64,000 nt of DNA from a virus (Duplodnaviria > Caudoviricetes): IMG/VR virus record IMGVR_UViG_3300049141_000098, positions 64,001 to 128,000 of that record, one strand, 5' to 3'. The notes under the pieces are model-generated. The model was not told the DNA's origin. It saw nothing but the letters and a program-made list of their open reading frames with translations, and did no database searches. Shown piece after piece: positions 47,110 to 56,463 of this stretch (positions are counted from its first letter, which is position 1; each line of letters opens with the position of its first letter). The translations under genes and the position numbers were made by a program.

Positions 47110-47134
47110 CACGGCCTAGGCCATTTGCTAGGCT
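47106..47134 (+). promoter_or_regulatory. promoter with GGCCTAGGCC in the spacer
   Basis: CTGACA-17 bp-TAGGCT; motif at 47113-47122. Confidence 0.7.
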
Positions 47135-47195
47135 CGGTCGCAGAAGAAACAGAGCCCCGGCGCGCGATGCCGGGGCTTGGGGAAGGAGAAAGACC

Positions 47196-47423
47196 GTGGC
47201 ATACCCCGAACGGGAGACATACCGGGACACATGGTGGGAGGCGCGCCTCAAGGAGGCCGACACCCCCCAGAAGAAGGTCACCGTACTTCAGGGCAAGATC
47301 CTCGCCGACATCTCCAAGCTGCCCGAGCGACACCGGGACGCGGCTCGCGAACTGGCCGCGCACGTGCTGGAGGGACTCGTGGATGAGATCCAGATCAAGG
47401 TCGCCGAGGAGGCCTGGGCATGA
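47196..47423 (+). CDS. hypothetical protein
   Basis: GTG after AAGGAG, 75 aa. Confidence 0.6.
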   Translation: MAYPERETYRDTWWEARLKEADTPQKKVTVLQGKILADISKLPERHRDAARELAAHVLEGLVDEIQIKVAEEAWA

Positions 47424-47767
47424 TTCGTGTGTCTGCCCGGCATCTCGATCTGCACGCACTGGACCACGAAGAGGAGATTCGCATCCTCGCCGGAACCACC
47501 AGCGTCCAGATCTTCTCGGACGAGCACGCTGGGGACATCTCCATGAACGTCAGGCCGACGGGATCCGGAGACCGGTGGATCGAGCAGGGCGGCGCGAAGA
47601 ACCGCTGGCTGAACCTGGCCTCGCTCATGCCGCTACGCATGTACTGGCTCACCGCCCACCGAACCGACCCGGCCGACCGCAGCAGCGTGGTGATCCAGTT
47701 CCGGGATATCACGCCCGGGGTGTCAAATCCCGACCAGATGATGAGTGGAGCGACCCGCTGTCAGTAG
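47420..47767 (+). CDS. hypothetical protein
   Basis: 115 aa, coupled to the upstream gene. Confidence 0.6.
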   Translation: MIRVSARHLDLHALDHEEEIRILAGTTSVQIFSDEHAGDISMNVRPTGSGDRWIEQGGAKNRWLNLASLMPLRMYWLTAHRTDPADRSSVVIQFRDITPGVSNPDQMMSGATRCQ

Positions 47768-47831
47768 GCGGTGGAAGACTGGCGCGGTGGCCGTAGTCGC
47801 CGCGCATCCCCACTACTTCCTGGAGTCAGCT

Positions 47832-48218
47832 ATGTCTGCCAAGTCCGGAGCCCTGCTCATCACACCTAACGGCGACATTGTGGAGATCGACCTCCCTGCG
47901 GAGGGGCGGGACCGCATGGTCGTGCTGTACGCGGTGTTGCGATGCACGGAGTACGACGTCGTGCGCGTGTCGAGCAGCCTCGATATGTGGATCGACGGCG
48001 AGTACCTGTACAACCACCCCGACGAGCCCAACATCCCGGCCACCTTGTTCCTGACCCACTTCGGCGATGTCACCCAGATGATTTGCGGACCCGTCCTGAT
48101 CACCGGAGGGGCCGACGCCGAGGGGGACACACTGCCCCTCAGCCGACACCAGCTTCTCGCCGTACTCACCAAGCTGGCTGACGGAGCAGAGGACCTGCGC
48201 AGGCGGTTCGGAGTGTAG
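47832..48218 (+). CDS. DUF3846-like protein
   Basis: LLITPNG, LDMWIDGEYL, NIPAT and ICGPVLITGG..EGDTLPL. Confidence 0.7.
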   Translation: MSAKSGALLITPNGDIVEIDLPAEGRDRMVVLYAVLRCTEYDVVRVSSSLDMWIDGEYLYNHPDEPNIPATLFLTHFGDVTQMICGPVLITGGADAEGDTLPLSRHQLLAVLTKLADGAEDLRRRFGV

Positions 48219-48892
48219 AAGTATGGCGGAATCGGTCCGCCGAATCGCGGGGGATGTGGAGCAAGAAAGCAACCGGGCGGGGCAGGCAGGGAAGAGCGCG
48301 CCGGATACGACCGTGGGTTGGGGGCTGACCAGTTCGGCTGTGCCGGTGCCAGCGGACAGACCGGCTACACCTGCGTACCCCCGCCCGGTCCCCCTGCGGA
48401 GACTGGGCGCAACGGAAAGACTGCTCCCGGAAAGGAGATGAGAAGTGAATGAATGGTCCGCAACCGACGACATCCTCACCGACGGCACGATCGTCATGAA
48501 GAACGAGCGGTGGGTCCGATGGGTCTGAGCGACCGGGACTACCGGCTGTCGATGTTCACCAGCAGGCGGGCCCGAGAGGAGGGGCGCAACGACGGCTTGC
48601 GATCACTGCTGGTGCACCGCCTGCGCGACGCGTCCAAGGCCGTGCTACGCATCCCCCTCAAGCGCAACCTCGCCAGGGCGGACGACGCGTCCGACTACAG
48701 CGTCTACTGCGAACCCTGTGACGCCTGGTTCGTGCTCGACGACTGGGGTGAAGAGGTTCGCCACAAGAAGTGCGGGCGGCTCTACGCGCTGGAGTTCGCC
48801 GTCTTCTCACTGGTCGAAGAGCCGCCAGAGAAATGACGCAGAAGCCACGACAGCCACCCAGCAAGTCGTTACCCCAGTCGAGGAGACCCTCC

Positions 48893-49234
48893 ATGGATAC
48901 CAGCAAAGCCGAGCCCATCCCCTGGAGCGCCGACGAGTTCGAGGTCGGCGACAAGTTCGCCATCCCGCCGCAGCGCGCCAAGGTGTACACCATCAAGGAA
49001 CGCGCCGAGCGGCGCGGCTTCATCGAGTTCAAGGCCACCCTCTGGAGCGAGATCGACCAGGAGGAATGGGGAGACTTCAGCCTCACATTCCCGGCCGACT
49101 TCCCTCTGTCTGCCCGACGCCGGATCCGCACGATCGTCGCTCCATGCATGATCTGCGGAGAGCCAGGTAAGCACGAGCTGGATACCGCCTACTCCACGTA
49201 CAACAACGGCGTGTGCGGCAAGCACGGGGAGTAG
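48893..49234 (+). CDS. hypothetical protein with C-terminal Zn-finger
   Basis: GGAG RBS; CMIC..VCGKH. Confidence 0.6.
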   Translation: MDTSKAEPIPWSADEFEVGDKFAIPPQRAKVYTIKERAERRGFIEFKATLWSEIDQEEWGDFSLTFPADFPLSARRRIRTIVAPCMICGEPGKHELDTAYSTYNNGVCGKHGE

Positions 49235-49271
49235 AGATGGGTAGGACCGCAATCAAGAACGACGGGTGGGC

Positions 49272-49583
49272 GTGGTGACGGCACCGAACAGGCCCGCGTT
49301 CCCCCTGGTCATCCGGAAGGGGGCCGTATGGTGCTGGGAGCCTCTCAACCCCGCTGAGCGGTGCGAGATCGAAGTGCTCTCTGCGGAATGGACCGGCCAG
49401 GAGTGGTACATCGAAATCCAGGCACTGGAGGATGCCGGTCACATGTGGACCGGCATGCGAAATTGGTACGAGCTGAACTGGTTCGTCGAAGCCTCCGTGC
49501 TCGTGAGCGAACCGAGAGGGGCTGCTCACGACACCAGCAGTCAGGCGATGGCGACGATTGAAGTTGCGTACAGATACGAGTGA
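49272..49583 (+). CDS. hypothetical protein (SH3-like beta fold?)
   Basis: About 103 aa, Trp-rich. Confidence 0.5.
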   Translation: MVTAPNRPAFPLVIRKGAVWCWEPLNPAERCEIEVLSAEWTGQEWYIEIQALEDAGHMWTGMRNWYELNWFVEASVLVSEPRGAAHDTSSQAMATIEVAYRYE

Positions 49584-49646
49584 ACCGAACTCGCGCATCG
49601 TCGGCGCCCTCGGCCTACTACGTCAGCTCTCAGGGAAGGGGGCACG

Positions 49647-50003
49647 GTGAACAGCGAAAAGATGAGTGACGCCGAACGCGCCGCGATACTTCGAGGCGTG
49701 GAGCGCAGGGAGACCGAGCGGGCGAAGGCCAAGGCGCCCGCAGAGCGCGACCTGATGGAAGCCCTGCTGGCGGCCGACGTACCATTCGAGCGCGCGGTAT
49801 CTCTGGTCGCCGACTCGAACCGTCAGGCCACCCTAGGGACGCAGGCGCAATACGCCGACCTCATCCGGGAGAGTCAGATGCCTCAGTTCCCCAGGGATTC
49901 TGAGGTGTACCGCCGACTCGGAATGATCGCCGACATGCTCGATCCGATGATCGAAGGCGATCCCTGGAAGTTCGGCACGCCGGATGGTCACGCTTCCAGG
50001 TAG
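49647..50003 (+). CDS. hypothetical protein
   Basis: 118 aa, last of the rightward run. Confidence 0.55.
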   Translation: MNSEKMSDAERAAILRGVERRETERAKAKAPAERDLMEALLAADVPFERAVSLVADSNRQATLGTQAQYADLIRESQMPQFPRDSEVYRRLGMIADMLDPMIEGDPWKFGTPDGHASR

Positions 50004-50239
50004 GCGATGATGATGACCGAACCGAGGACGGTGGTCGTGTAGAGCACACGGACACCGTCCTCTTGGTATTCACGCAGCGGCGTTCGTCCGACCAGATCCC
50101 CCAGCCACGGGTTGACCGCAAGGGCCACGATGGCCCGGTCGGCCGCAACCGTTTCCGGTAGAGAGAGCTTCTGGATTTGCTTGTGGGCGATCTCGGTGAA
50201 GACCACCTGAGCCCGGCGGGGCCCGTGCTTAGGCGACAC
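49988..50239 (-). CDS. RelE/ParE-like toxin
   Basis: 83 aa: VVFTEIAHKQIQKL..ALAVNPWLG..LREYQEDGVRVLY..VIIIAY. Confidence 0.6.
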   Translation of the reverse strand: MSPKHGPRRAQVVFTEIAHKQIQKLSLPETVAADRAIVALAVNPWLGDLVGRTPLREYQEDGVRVLYTTTVLGSVIIIAYLEA

Positions 50240-50459
50240 GCGACCCCGCCACGTTCACTCCGAGGGACCGGTAGTGCGCATCGCGCACCTCTTCCCACGG
50301 CGTGCACTCCGAGACGTCGGGAAGCCCGTGCTCGGCATAATGATCCAGAACATCCGCCAGCGTGACGTCACCGTCAGCCCGCCTGGACTCGGCGGCCTGG
50401 CGGAGGGCCGTGATCTCCTCGGCGTCGAACCCCTCATCGGGCTGCGGTACGTCAACCAT
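50229..50459 (-). CDS. putative antitoxin
   Basis: 76-aa acidic protein upstream of and overlapping the toxin. Confidence 0.5.
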   Translation of the reverse strand: MVDVPQPDEGFDAEEITALRQAAESRRADGDVTLADVLDHYAEHGLPDVSECTPWEEVRDAHYRSLGVNVAGSRVA

Positions 50460-50558
50460 GCTGATCCTCCGGCGAACATTCCGAAACGACAGGGAACTTC
50501 ACGGTAGCGCGAACATCGAGATCCTCGCACCCGCTTGAAGTCACGACTCCCCGACCCG

Positions 50559-51029
50559 TCAGTACTCCGGCTCAGGCTCCTCCTGCACCGGGCCCAAAGG
50601 ATCACGGTCGTAGCCCTCGAAGGAGTCGTCGTAGTCGTCATCGACTTCGTCCGGCCCCTCGTCCTCTTCGTCGTAGTACCCCTCGTCATACGAGTCGTCG
50701 TCCTCTTCGAAGGGGCCCTCGGCGAAGTTGGCGTGCCGCCAGCCCGTACACGAGGTCTCACAGCCGCACCCCTTGGCGCACTCTGGGCAGATCATCTCCA
50801 GAGACCAGCCACACGTCTTGCAGAGCACCTGATACCTGGGCTCCGTCTTGATGACGTGCAGGGCGGAGGCGTACGTCGTGACGTCCTGGTAGTGCGTGAT
50901 GGCATCCACGAGCATGTCCCGGTCCTCGTGAGCGAGGATCTTCAGGGCGTCGTGGCGCTTGAGACGCACCGGATCGACACTGTTCTGCAAGGCCGCCACA
51001 GCGATGGCGCGGGCGTGGTTCGCGGTCAC
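50559..51029 (-). CDS. hypothetical protein with Cys cluster and D/E-rich tail
   Basis: GTG after AAGGAG; CKTC..CPECAKGCGC..C; acidic C-terminus. Confidence 0.6.
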   Translation of the reverse strand: MTANHARAIAVAALQNSVDPVRLKRHDALKILAHEDRDMLVDAITHYQDVTTYASALHVIKTEPRYQVLCKTCGWSLEMICPECAKGCGCETSCTGWRHANFAEGPFEEDDDSYDEGYYDEEDEGPDEVDDDYDDSFEGYDRDPLGPVQEEPEPEY

Positions 51030-51228
51030 GGCAGACTCCTTCTGCGCACGATCCCATGACTCGCTGCGCGAAGGCGTCAGCGTGCTGAATAAAAGTGGGA
51101 GATGGTCCGATGCGTAGCACCCCTCGGAGACCCGTTCCGTCATGGGCGGAACGTTCCGGGACCTGGACCTGGCCCACGACCCACTGGCCGCATATCCAAT
51201 ATAGCGCACTAGCTACGGAGTTGAGGGG

Positions 51229-52086
51229 CTATGTGGCCATCTTCTGCAACGGCGCGAAGGGCGAGACCGACAGGGCGACCATGTCCGGGGTGACCCGAGC
51301 TGGGAGTTCTGGAGCGTCCGGATCCGGGCAGAGGCGGGCCAGGTCAACGGCCTGCTTCAGGATGGTGCGCACTGATGTCTGCGGATCCAGTCGATGCCCC
51401 CGGTAGGTGACCAGCAAGGGACCCCGGTCCTTGTGGCTATCTGGCCCCTTCCAGGTGCGCAGCGGTACGTAGGCCTTCACCTGATCACGGATCTCATCAG
51501 GGAGGGCGTATCGCTGCAAGCCCCCGCCGCGCTGCCAGACAGTGGCAAGCATTCGCCCGCTCTGCTCGTAGGTCACGCCGTCCAGGTTGATCTCGCAGAC
51601 CTGCCGGGACCGCAAGCCGGACAGCAACAGGTAGACCAGCAGCCGGTCGCGCTCGGCGTAGTCGTCTTCGAGCTGATCGGCTCCCCAGCGGATGAGGTGT
51701 ACCTCCCCCTCGGTGAGGCGGGGAGGAGGGGTGCCGAGGTGGGCCTTGCCGCTCAGGCGGGGGTCGACTGGGTTGTGCAGGGCGTGCTTGAAGTGGACGG
51801 CGTAGGCGTAGAAGGAGCCGACGGCCGAGACTCGTAGCGCCCGCACCCGGGGTGCGCCGCCTCGCATGTCGAGCCAGGTCTTGATGTGGGACGGCTCCGC
51901 GCTCCAGGTTCCGATCTTCACCGTGTCCTCGATGAAGTCGATCCAGTCGGCCACATGTTCGGCGTACCGCTCCGGGCTGGTGCCTCGCAGGTGTCCACCG
52001 CGCCTGCCACGGCGGTCGCGAGGGGCGGGCGCGGTGGGGTTCTTCGGATCACCGATCCATTTCTTCAGCACAACGCGGGGATCCAT
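51229..52086 (-). CDS. tyrosine-recombinase-like protein lacking C-terminal catalytic motifs
   Basis: SAM-like core-binding region (RALRVSAVGSFYAY) and RDRLLVYLL.SGLRSRQV are present; HxxR and the Tyr nucleophile are absent (VTPDMVALS). Confidence 0.7.
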   Translation of the reverse strand: MDPRVVLKKWIGDPKNPTAPAPRDRRGRRGGHLRGTSPERYAEHVADWIDFIEDTVKIGTWSAEPSHIKTWLDMRGGAPRVRALRVSAVGSFYAYAVHFKHALHNPVDPRLSGKAHLGTPPPRLTEGEVHLIRWGADQLEDDYAERDRLLVYLLLSGLRSRQVCEINLDGVTYEQSGRMLATVWQRGGGLQRYALPDEIRDQVKAYVPLRTWKGPDSHKDRGPLLVTYRGHRLDPQTSVRTILKQAVDLARLCPDPDAPELPARVTPDMVALSVSPFAPLQKMAT

Positions 52087-52314
52087 GCCGACATCTTGCC
52101 TTGAGTTGATTCATAACCGCACCAGGGTGTGCTTGAGATGGCACCGCAACCAGTCCGGACCGGATACCCTGGAGGCGCGCCCCGGTCCACTGCGGGTGCT
52201 CCAACCAGCGAGAGCGGTCTTCCGTCTCACTTGCGACCCCAGTTGGCGCTGGACATGGTCCGAGACGGAGGCCGCTTTCGTCTGCCCATAGCTTGCTGTA
52301 GGGGTGGGCTGAGG

Positions 52315-52797
52315 TCAGTGCCTACGGCCGGTTTCGGCACCAAGGGGTGCCACGTACAGGGGGCCACCCTGCCCGCCCGGCCGGTGGATCATGCCGTGGC
52401 GAATGAGATGGTCGACGACTTCCTTGTGGGTGGCCTTATCGCAGACGTAGGTCTCGGTGAAGGCGGTGCGCGGAGGGAACTGATCGCCCGGCTTGAGGCG
52501 CCCCAGATTGATGTGCAGCAGCACGTCGGCCAGCACCTCAGCGGTCGACCGGAGGTTCGCGCGATGCAGGGAGCCCTTGTGGACTCGCAGCACCCCCTCG
52601 GGCCGGTAGCGGGGAAGCTCGTCCTCCGTCAGCCCGAACTTCAGGGCTACCTCCGCCCGCTGTTCAGGCGTCGAGGTGGCCGCCAGCTCCTGCATGATGG
52701 CGCGCCTGATGTCGCCGAGTGCTTCCCGGTAGGCCCGGGAGAGGGCCGCGAGCTGAGTCACTTCGGTCAGGGTGTACGCCTTGGGGTTGGTGCTCAC
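52315..52797 (-). CDS. protein with C-terminal GntR-like wHTH
   Basis: VLADVLLHINLGRLKPGDQFP...VVDHLIRHGMI. Confidence 0.6.
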   Translation of the reverse strand: MSTNPKAYTLTEVTQLAALSRAYREALGDIRRAIMQELAATSTPEQRAEVALKFGLTEDELPRYRPEGVLRVHKGSLHRANLRSTAEVLADVLLHINLGRLKPGDQFPPRTAFTETYVCDKATHKEVVDHLIRHGMIHRPGGQGGPLYVAPLGAETGRRH

Positions 52798-53330
52798 CGG
52801 TTCTCCTCCGTCACTGCACGGCGAGGCCCCATCAGGCGGTCGCCGAGGGTGTCCGCGAAGGGGAAGGTTGGCGTCGGGACGACCGGGGGTCGTTTGGGCC
52901 GGATGCCGAGCACCAATCGGGCGGCATCGATCGCCTCGCGATCCGACTTGCCGTGCAGGATGAGCCGGACGCTCTCCTGGGAGAAGGTGTTCGCCAGAGT
53001 CATTCGCACAGGCCCGGCCAGTTTCCGCAGCGTCGGTGAATCCTGGTCGGCCTCTTCTGGGGAGCGGCACGCATCGGCTGCACGGCACAGCAGGATCACT
53101 TCGTTCGCTTCGTCTAGGTAGTTCCTGACGTACAACTTCCCCGGTTCTCCGTCAAGCTGGAAGAGCAGCTCGCAGCGGGTGAGCTTCTCCAGGGCGAAGC
53201 CGATGGTCGTGGCGGAGGCTTCGTATCCCCGGGCGAGGTCTTTGCGGTGGAGGAGCTGCTGTCCTGGGGTCAGCTTCCCCAGAACGATGGCGCTCGCCAG
53301 GTCCAGGGCGATGTCGTTCGCGGTGGCCAT
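52794..53330 (-). CDS. GntR-like wHTH regulator
   Basis: IALDLASAIVLGKLTPGQQL..DLARGYEASATTIGFALEKL. Confidence 0.7.
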   Translation of the reverse strand: MATANDIALDLASAIVLGKLTPGQQLLHRKDLARGYEASATTIGFALEKLTRCELLFQLDGEPGKLYVRNYLDEANEVILLCRAADACRSPEEADQDSPTLRKLAGPVRMTLANTFSQESVRLILHGKSDREAIDAARLVLGIRPKRPPVVPTPTFPFADTLGDRLMGPRRAVTEENR

Positions 53331-53352
53331 TCCTTGGTCATCCGTTCTCCCG

Positions 53353-53961
53353 CTAGGGCAGGGTGCTCCATCCGCCGCAGGTGCGGCACGAGATCGATAC
53401 GGGGACGTCGGTCTTGTCTGCCTGGTCGAGGATGTGGCTGATCTCGTCTCGGGTGGCGATCTTGCCGACCCAGCCGTTTCTGCCGTCGACCACGGGGATC
53501 CGGGGGCAGGTGTCGCGGTGGACGCTCACGCGTTGAAGTTGGGTGCCGTCTGAGCGCATGGCGAGCTTGAGTGCCAGGACGTGATCACGGTCGGGCGAGG
53601 AGTCTCCGGGGCGCGCAGCCACCACCTTGAGGGGATCGGGATTCACCGTCAGCCGCCTGTCGCTCTCGTGCAGTCCTCGTTCGATCAGCCGGGATAGGTC
53701 GGCTCGTCGAGGTGCACAGTTGGTGGTCGCTTCGTCCGGCTCCTCGCATTCAGGGGCGCCGCTGGTCAGTCGTCGCACGGGGATGCCAAGAGCGACAGCG
53801 AGGCGGTCCAGCTCGGCCAGTGTCACGGCGGCGTGAGTACCGGTCTCGATGCGGATCACAGTCGGCAGTGAGAGTTCGGCGCGGTCGGCGAGCTGCCGCT
53901 GGTCGAGTCCGGCGCGTTCGCGTTCCGTCCGAAGCCGCTCCCCCACGGGTGCGAGATCCAT
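53353..53961 (-). CDS. XRE-family HTH regulator
   Basis: GERLRTERERAGLDQRQLADRAELSLPTVIRIETG. Confidence 0.85.
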   Translation of the reverse strand: MDLAPVGERLRTERERAGLDQRQLADRAELSLPTVIRIETGTHAAVTLAELDRLAVALGIPVRRLTSGAPECEEPDEATTNCAPRRADLSRLIERGLHESDRRLTVNPDPLKVVAARPGDSSPDRDHVLALKLAMRSDGTQLQRVSVHRDTCPRIPVVDGRNGWVGKIATRDEISHILDQADKTDVPVSISCRTCGGWSTLP

Positions 53962-53995
53962 CCAACTCCCCTTTCCGAACCTGGATTCACCCTAC

Positions 53996-54135
53996 TCGAC
54001 ATCGACTTTGTACAAAAGGAGCTGCCTCCACCAGGTGAGAGGTGGGGGTTGACGTCACACGGAAAGTGCGGGGCGGCGCCGCGCGCGACATCCCCTAGTG
54101 GGTGGTGGTCTCCTTTTGTGCAAAGTCGATGTCGA
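53996..54135. repeat. 26-bp inverted repeat pair with 88-bp spacer
   Basis: TCGACATCGACTTTGTACAAAAGGAG (53996-54021) versus CTCCTTTTGTGCAAAGTCGATGTCGA (54110-54135); one mismatch. Confidence 0.85.
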
Positions 54136-54265
54136 AGAGGCTTTCATCAAGGCGCACTTCATTGACGTGACGTTCATGAGGGGCGATTGGGAGAACTGAC
54201 ATCCTTGGCGGAAACACCATCCAAGGAGTCCACTCCCCGCCCCGGCGCCGCCTAGCCTGCCGCGC

Positions 54266-54607
54266 GTGATCCACTTCCACGGCTACGCCTACACCGGCCA
54301 CGGCTACACCGACTCCGAGATCCACGCAGGCCGGGCCCCCTCCCGCTACCTGCCCATCGAAGTCGACTGCACCTCCGGCCCCGACCGGCACCTCGCCACC
54401 CTCAATGACGCCATGACCTGGCTGGAGGCGGAGCTGACCCGCCACGAGCCCCTCGACGCCGAAGCCTTCCCCGTAAAGGTGCGCCTGGAGTACTCCCGCA
54501 GCCGACTCCAGCAGAGCGCGGGCGCGATCGTCGTGTACGGCTACTGGTCACGGGCCGGACAGTACGTCGCACGCCGCATCCTCCCCTGCGCTCACTGCCC
54601 GAACTAG
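54266..54607 (+). CDS. hypothetical protein
   Basis: 113 aa, C-rich codon pattern, divergent from the XRE gene. Confidence 0.6.
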   Translation: MIHFHGYAYTGHGYTDSEIHAGRAPSRYLPIEVDCTSGPDRHLATLNDAMTWLEAELTRHEPLDAEAFPVKVRLEYSRSRLQQSAGAIVVYGYWSRAGQYVARRILPCAHCPN

Positions 54608-54987
54608 GCCTCCCGTCGGTCCTCCAGACGCGGCACCCCGGCTGCTTGGTGATCGGCCCGGTCAGCGGCGGCCAGCAGCATCATCGCCAGCCGCCGCGCA
54701 TCCGGTGTGTACATCGGCACGAAGTCCTCCCCGGGCGCCATCGACTCCGGCGTGGAGATGTACACCATGCCGTTCGCCGTTTCCTCGTTGTCGAGCGTGC
54801 GCACCACCCACACCAGATCCCGAGTGCCGTACGGCCGGGGCATTTCCCGCAGGTCCCACTCATGACCAGGCCACTCATGATCCGGACCGTTGATCCTCGT
54901 CGGCTTCGGAGACTCCCCCACCTGAGCCATCGCGGTCAGCCTGCGCAGCTCCCGGCGGATGTCCCCCAGCGTCACGTCGTCGTCCAT
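54604..54987 (-). CDS. hypothetical protein
   Basis: 127 aa, convergent with the previous gene. Confidence 0.6.
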   Translation of the reverse strand: MDDDVTLGDIRRELRRLTAMAQVGESPKPTRINGPDHEWPGHEWDLREMPRPYGTRDLVWVVRTLDNEETANGMVYISTPESMAPGEDFVPMYTPDARRLAMMLLAAADRADHQAAGVPRLEDRREA

Positions 54988-55294
54988 GGGCACAACATAG
55001 CCCGAGTGGCCTGAGCCACCGAAAGCCCGCCACAGCGAGAGGGTGCGACAGGCGGGCTGGCGCGCGTGTGCTTCGAGCCAGCCCCACCCGCCCCAGCCAC
55101 GCCTGCTGTCGCGTCCCCCTCCCCCGCCACGATGCTCGTGTCACCGTCCGGTTCCTCCTCGGTGTACACCCCGAGGACCGCAGCGCTTGCGCGAGGACCG
55201 CAGGGCTGCCCGTACGACGCCGCGCCTTCCGCTCCCTCCTGAAAGTGCACTAAGAGGAGCGCACGGTCTACAGCGCTCTGACCTGCGGAAACAC

Positions 55295-55426
55295 ACTCAC
55301 GGATCATGCAACCGGAGACGATTCATCATGCAATGCGGGACGGTTCATCATGCAATTGCAGACCGCTCATGATGCAACGAGAGACCGTTCAAGATGCAGC
55401 GAGAGACGCTTCACTGTTACTGAGAG
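55295..55426 (+). repeat. iteron-like array of 5-6 tandem 22-bp repeats
   Basis: Units start at 55295, 55317, 55339, 55361, 55383 and 55405; consensus GACSGTTCATCATGCAAYGMGA. Confidence 0.85.
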
Positions 55427-55654
55427 GAACAGTGTTGTGCGCTGAGATGCAGTTCACCGCGCCGTGGTCGAGTCACTCGGGGGGGCGGGCTTCGGCTGCC
55501 ACAAGAAGACGGTTCGGCGTGCGGGATGTGGTCGAGATTCGCCCAGGAGGGGGAGAAAACTGCACGACAGCGTGGGACTGTTGTTGTGAGGAACAGTGAT
55601 ATGCAATCATCCCCGCGTCCACTGTTCCCCAGGGGAAAGGTCCGGCTTGCTGAC

Positions 55655-56140
55655 ATGTCAGCAAACCCCGCTCCGAGGCGGCGCTTCGCCGACCCCGCGA
55701 CGGGTGAGGTCCACGAGTACGTCGATCTGGACGGCGACCGTCGCCCGCCTGCCTACAACTTTCCGGGAGGTTTCACCGCAGTAAGCAACAGAACCGGCCT
55801 GCAAATCCTGTCCAAGGAGAGCGGTCTGACGCCATCAGACCGGGACGTGCTCGCACTCCACGTGCACGGTCCGGAACGGCGAGGAGACGTGCTCCGCTGG
55901 CCTCGCGCGAAGATGTCCGATTTCCTCGGAATCAGCGCCCGCACCGTAGCGACCGCGATCAAGCGCCTGACCAAGGCCGGGTATCTGATCGAGGCTGAAA
56001 AGCACGGGCGTGTCATCTACTACAAGGTCAGCCCGCACCACGCCTCACGGGTAGGCGGTGAGCAGCAGCGGCAAGACGCGGCAGCGCACCGGATCCCCGT
56101 CGTTCCCGGCACTCCACAGAAGAAAGGTCGGACAGCATGA
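55655..56140 (+). CDS. wHTH protein, plasmid Rep (RepL-like) candidate
   Basis: DPATGEVHEY N-terminus; RAKMSDFLGISARTVATAIKRLTKAGYL wHTH and YKVSPH. Confidence 0.6.
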   Translation: MSANPAPRRRFADPATGEVHEYVDLDGDRRPPAYNFPGGFTAVSNRTGLQILSKESGLTPSDRDVLALHVHGPERRGDVLRWPRAKMSDFLGISARTVATAIKRLTKAGYLIEAEKHGRVIYYKVSPHHASRVGGEQQRQDAAAHRIPVVPGTPQKKGRTA

Positions 56141-56463
56141 GCGCACCGCTTGTCTCGGAAGGCGTCGAGCCCAAGGTGCTGCGCAAGGCAATGGGGCTGC
56201 CGCATCCCCAGATGCGGATCGTCCTGTTCTACCTCACGACCGAGAAGGACCCGGACTTCAACGACGCCGTGGTCATGACGGGCGAGAGGATCGCCGAAGA
56301 GATCGGCATGAACCGGCCTCTTCTGTCCAGGACGATTCCGCGCCTTCTGGAGGCGGGCTGGCTTCAGGTCGCCTCCCGGCACGGCAACGTCCGCTACTAC
56401 GGGCTCGGTCCTGAGGCCGAGCCCAAGCCGAACAACGTGGTGCCGCTCCGGCGCACCGCGTGA
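56137..56463 (+). CDS. MarR-like wHTH protein
   Basis: GERIAEEIGMNRPLLSRTIPRLLEAGWL..GNVRYYGL. Confidence 0.7.
   Translation: MSAPLVSEGVEPKVLRKAMGLPHPQMRIVLFYLTTEKDPDFNDAVVMTGERIAEEIGMNRPLLSRTIPRLLEAGWLQVASRHGNVRYYGLGPEAEPKPNNVVPLRRTA

Noticed and set aside
51229-52086. Calling this the prophage integrase with a tRNA attachment site
   Set aside because: Catalytic residues are missing, and no duplicated tRNA 3' end (att core) was found in the window.
55295-55426. Repeat array as a CRISPR
   Set aside because: Repeats are contiguous with no unique spacers, and no cas genes are present.
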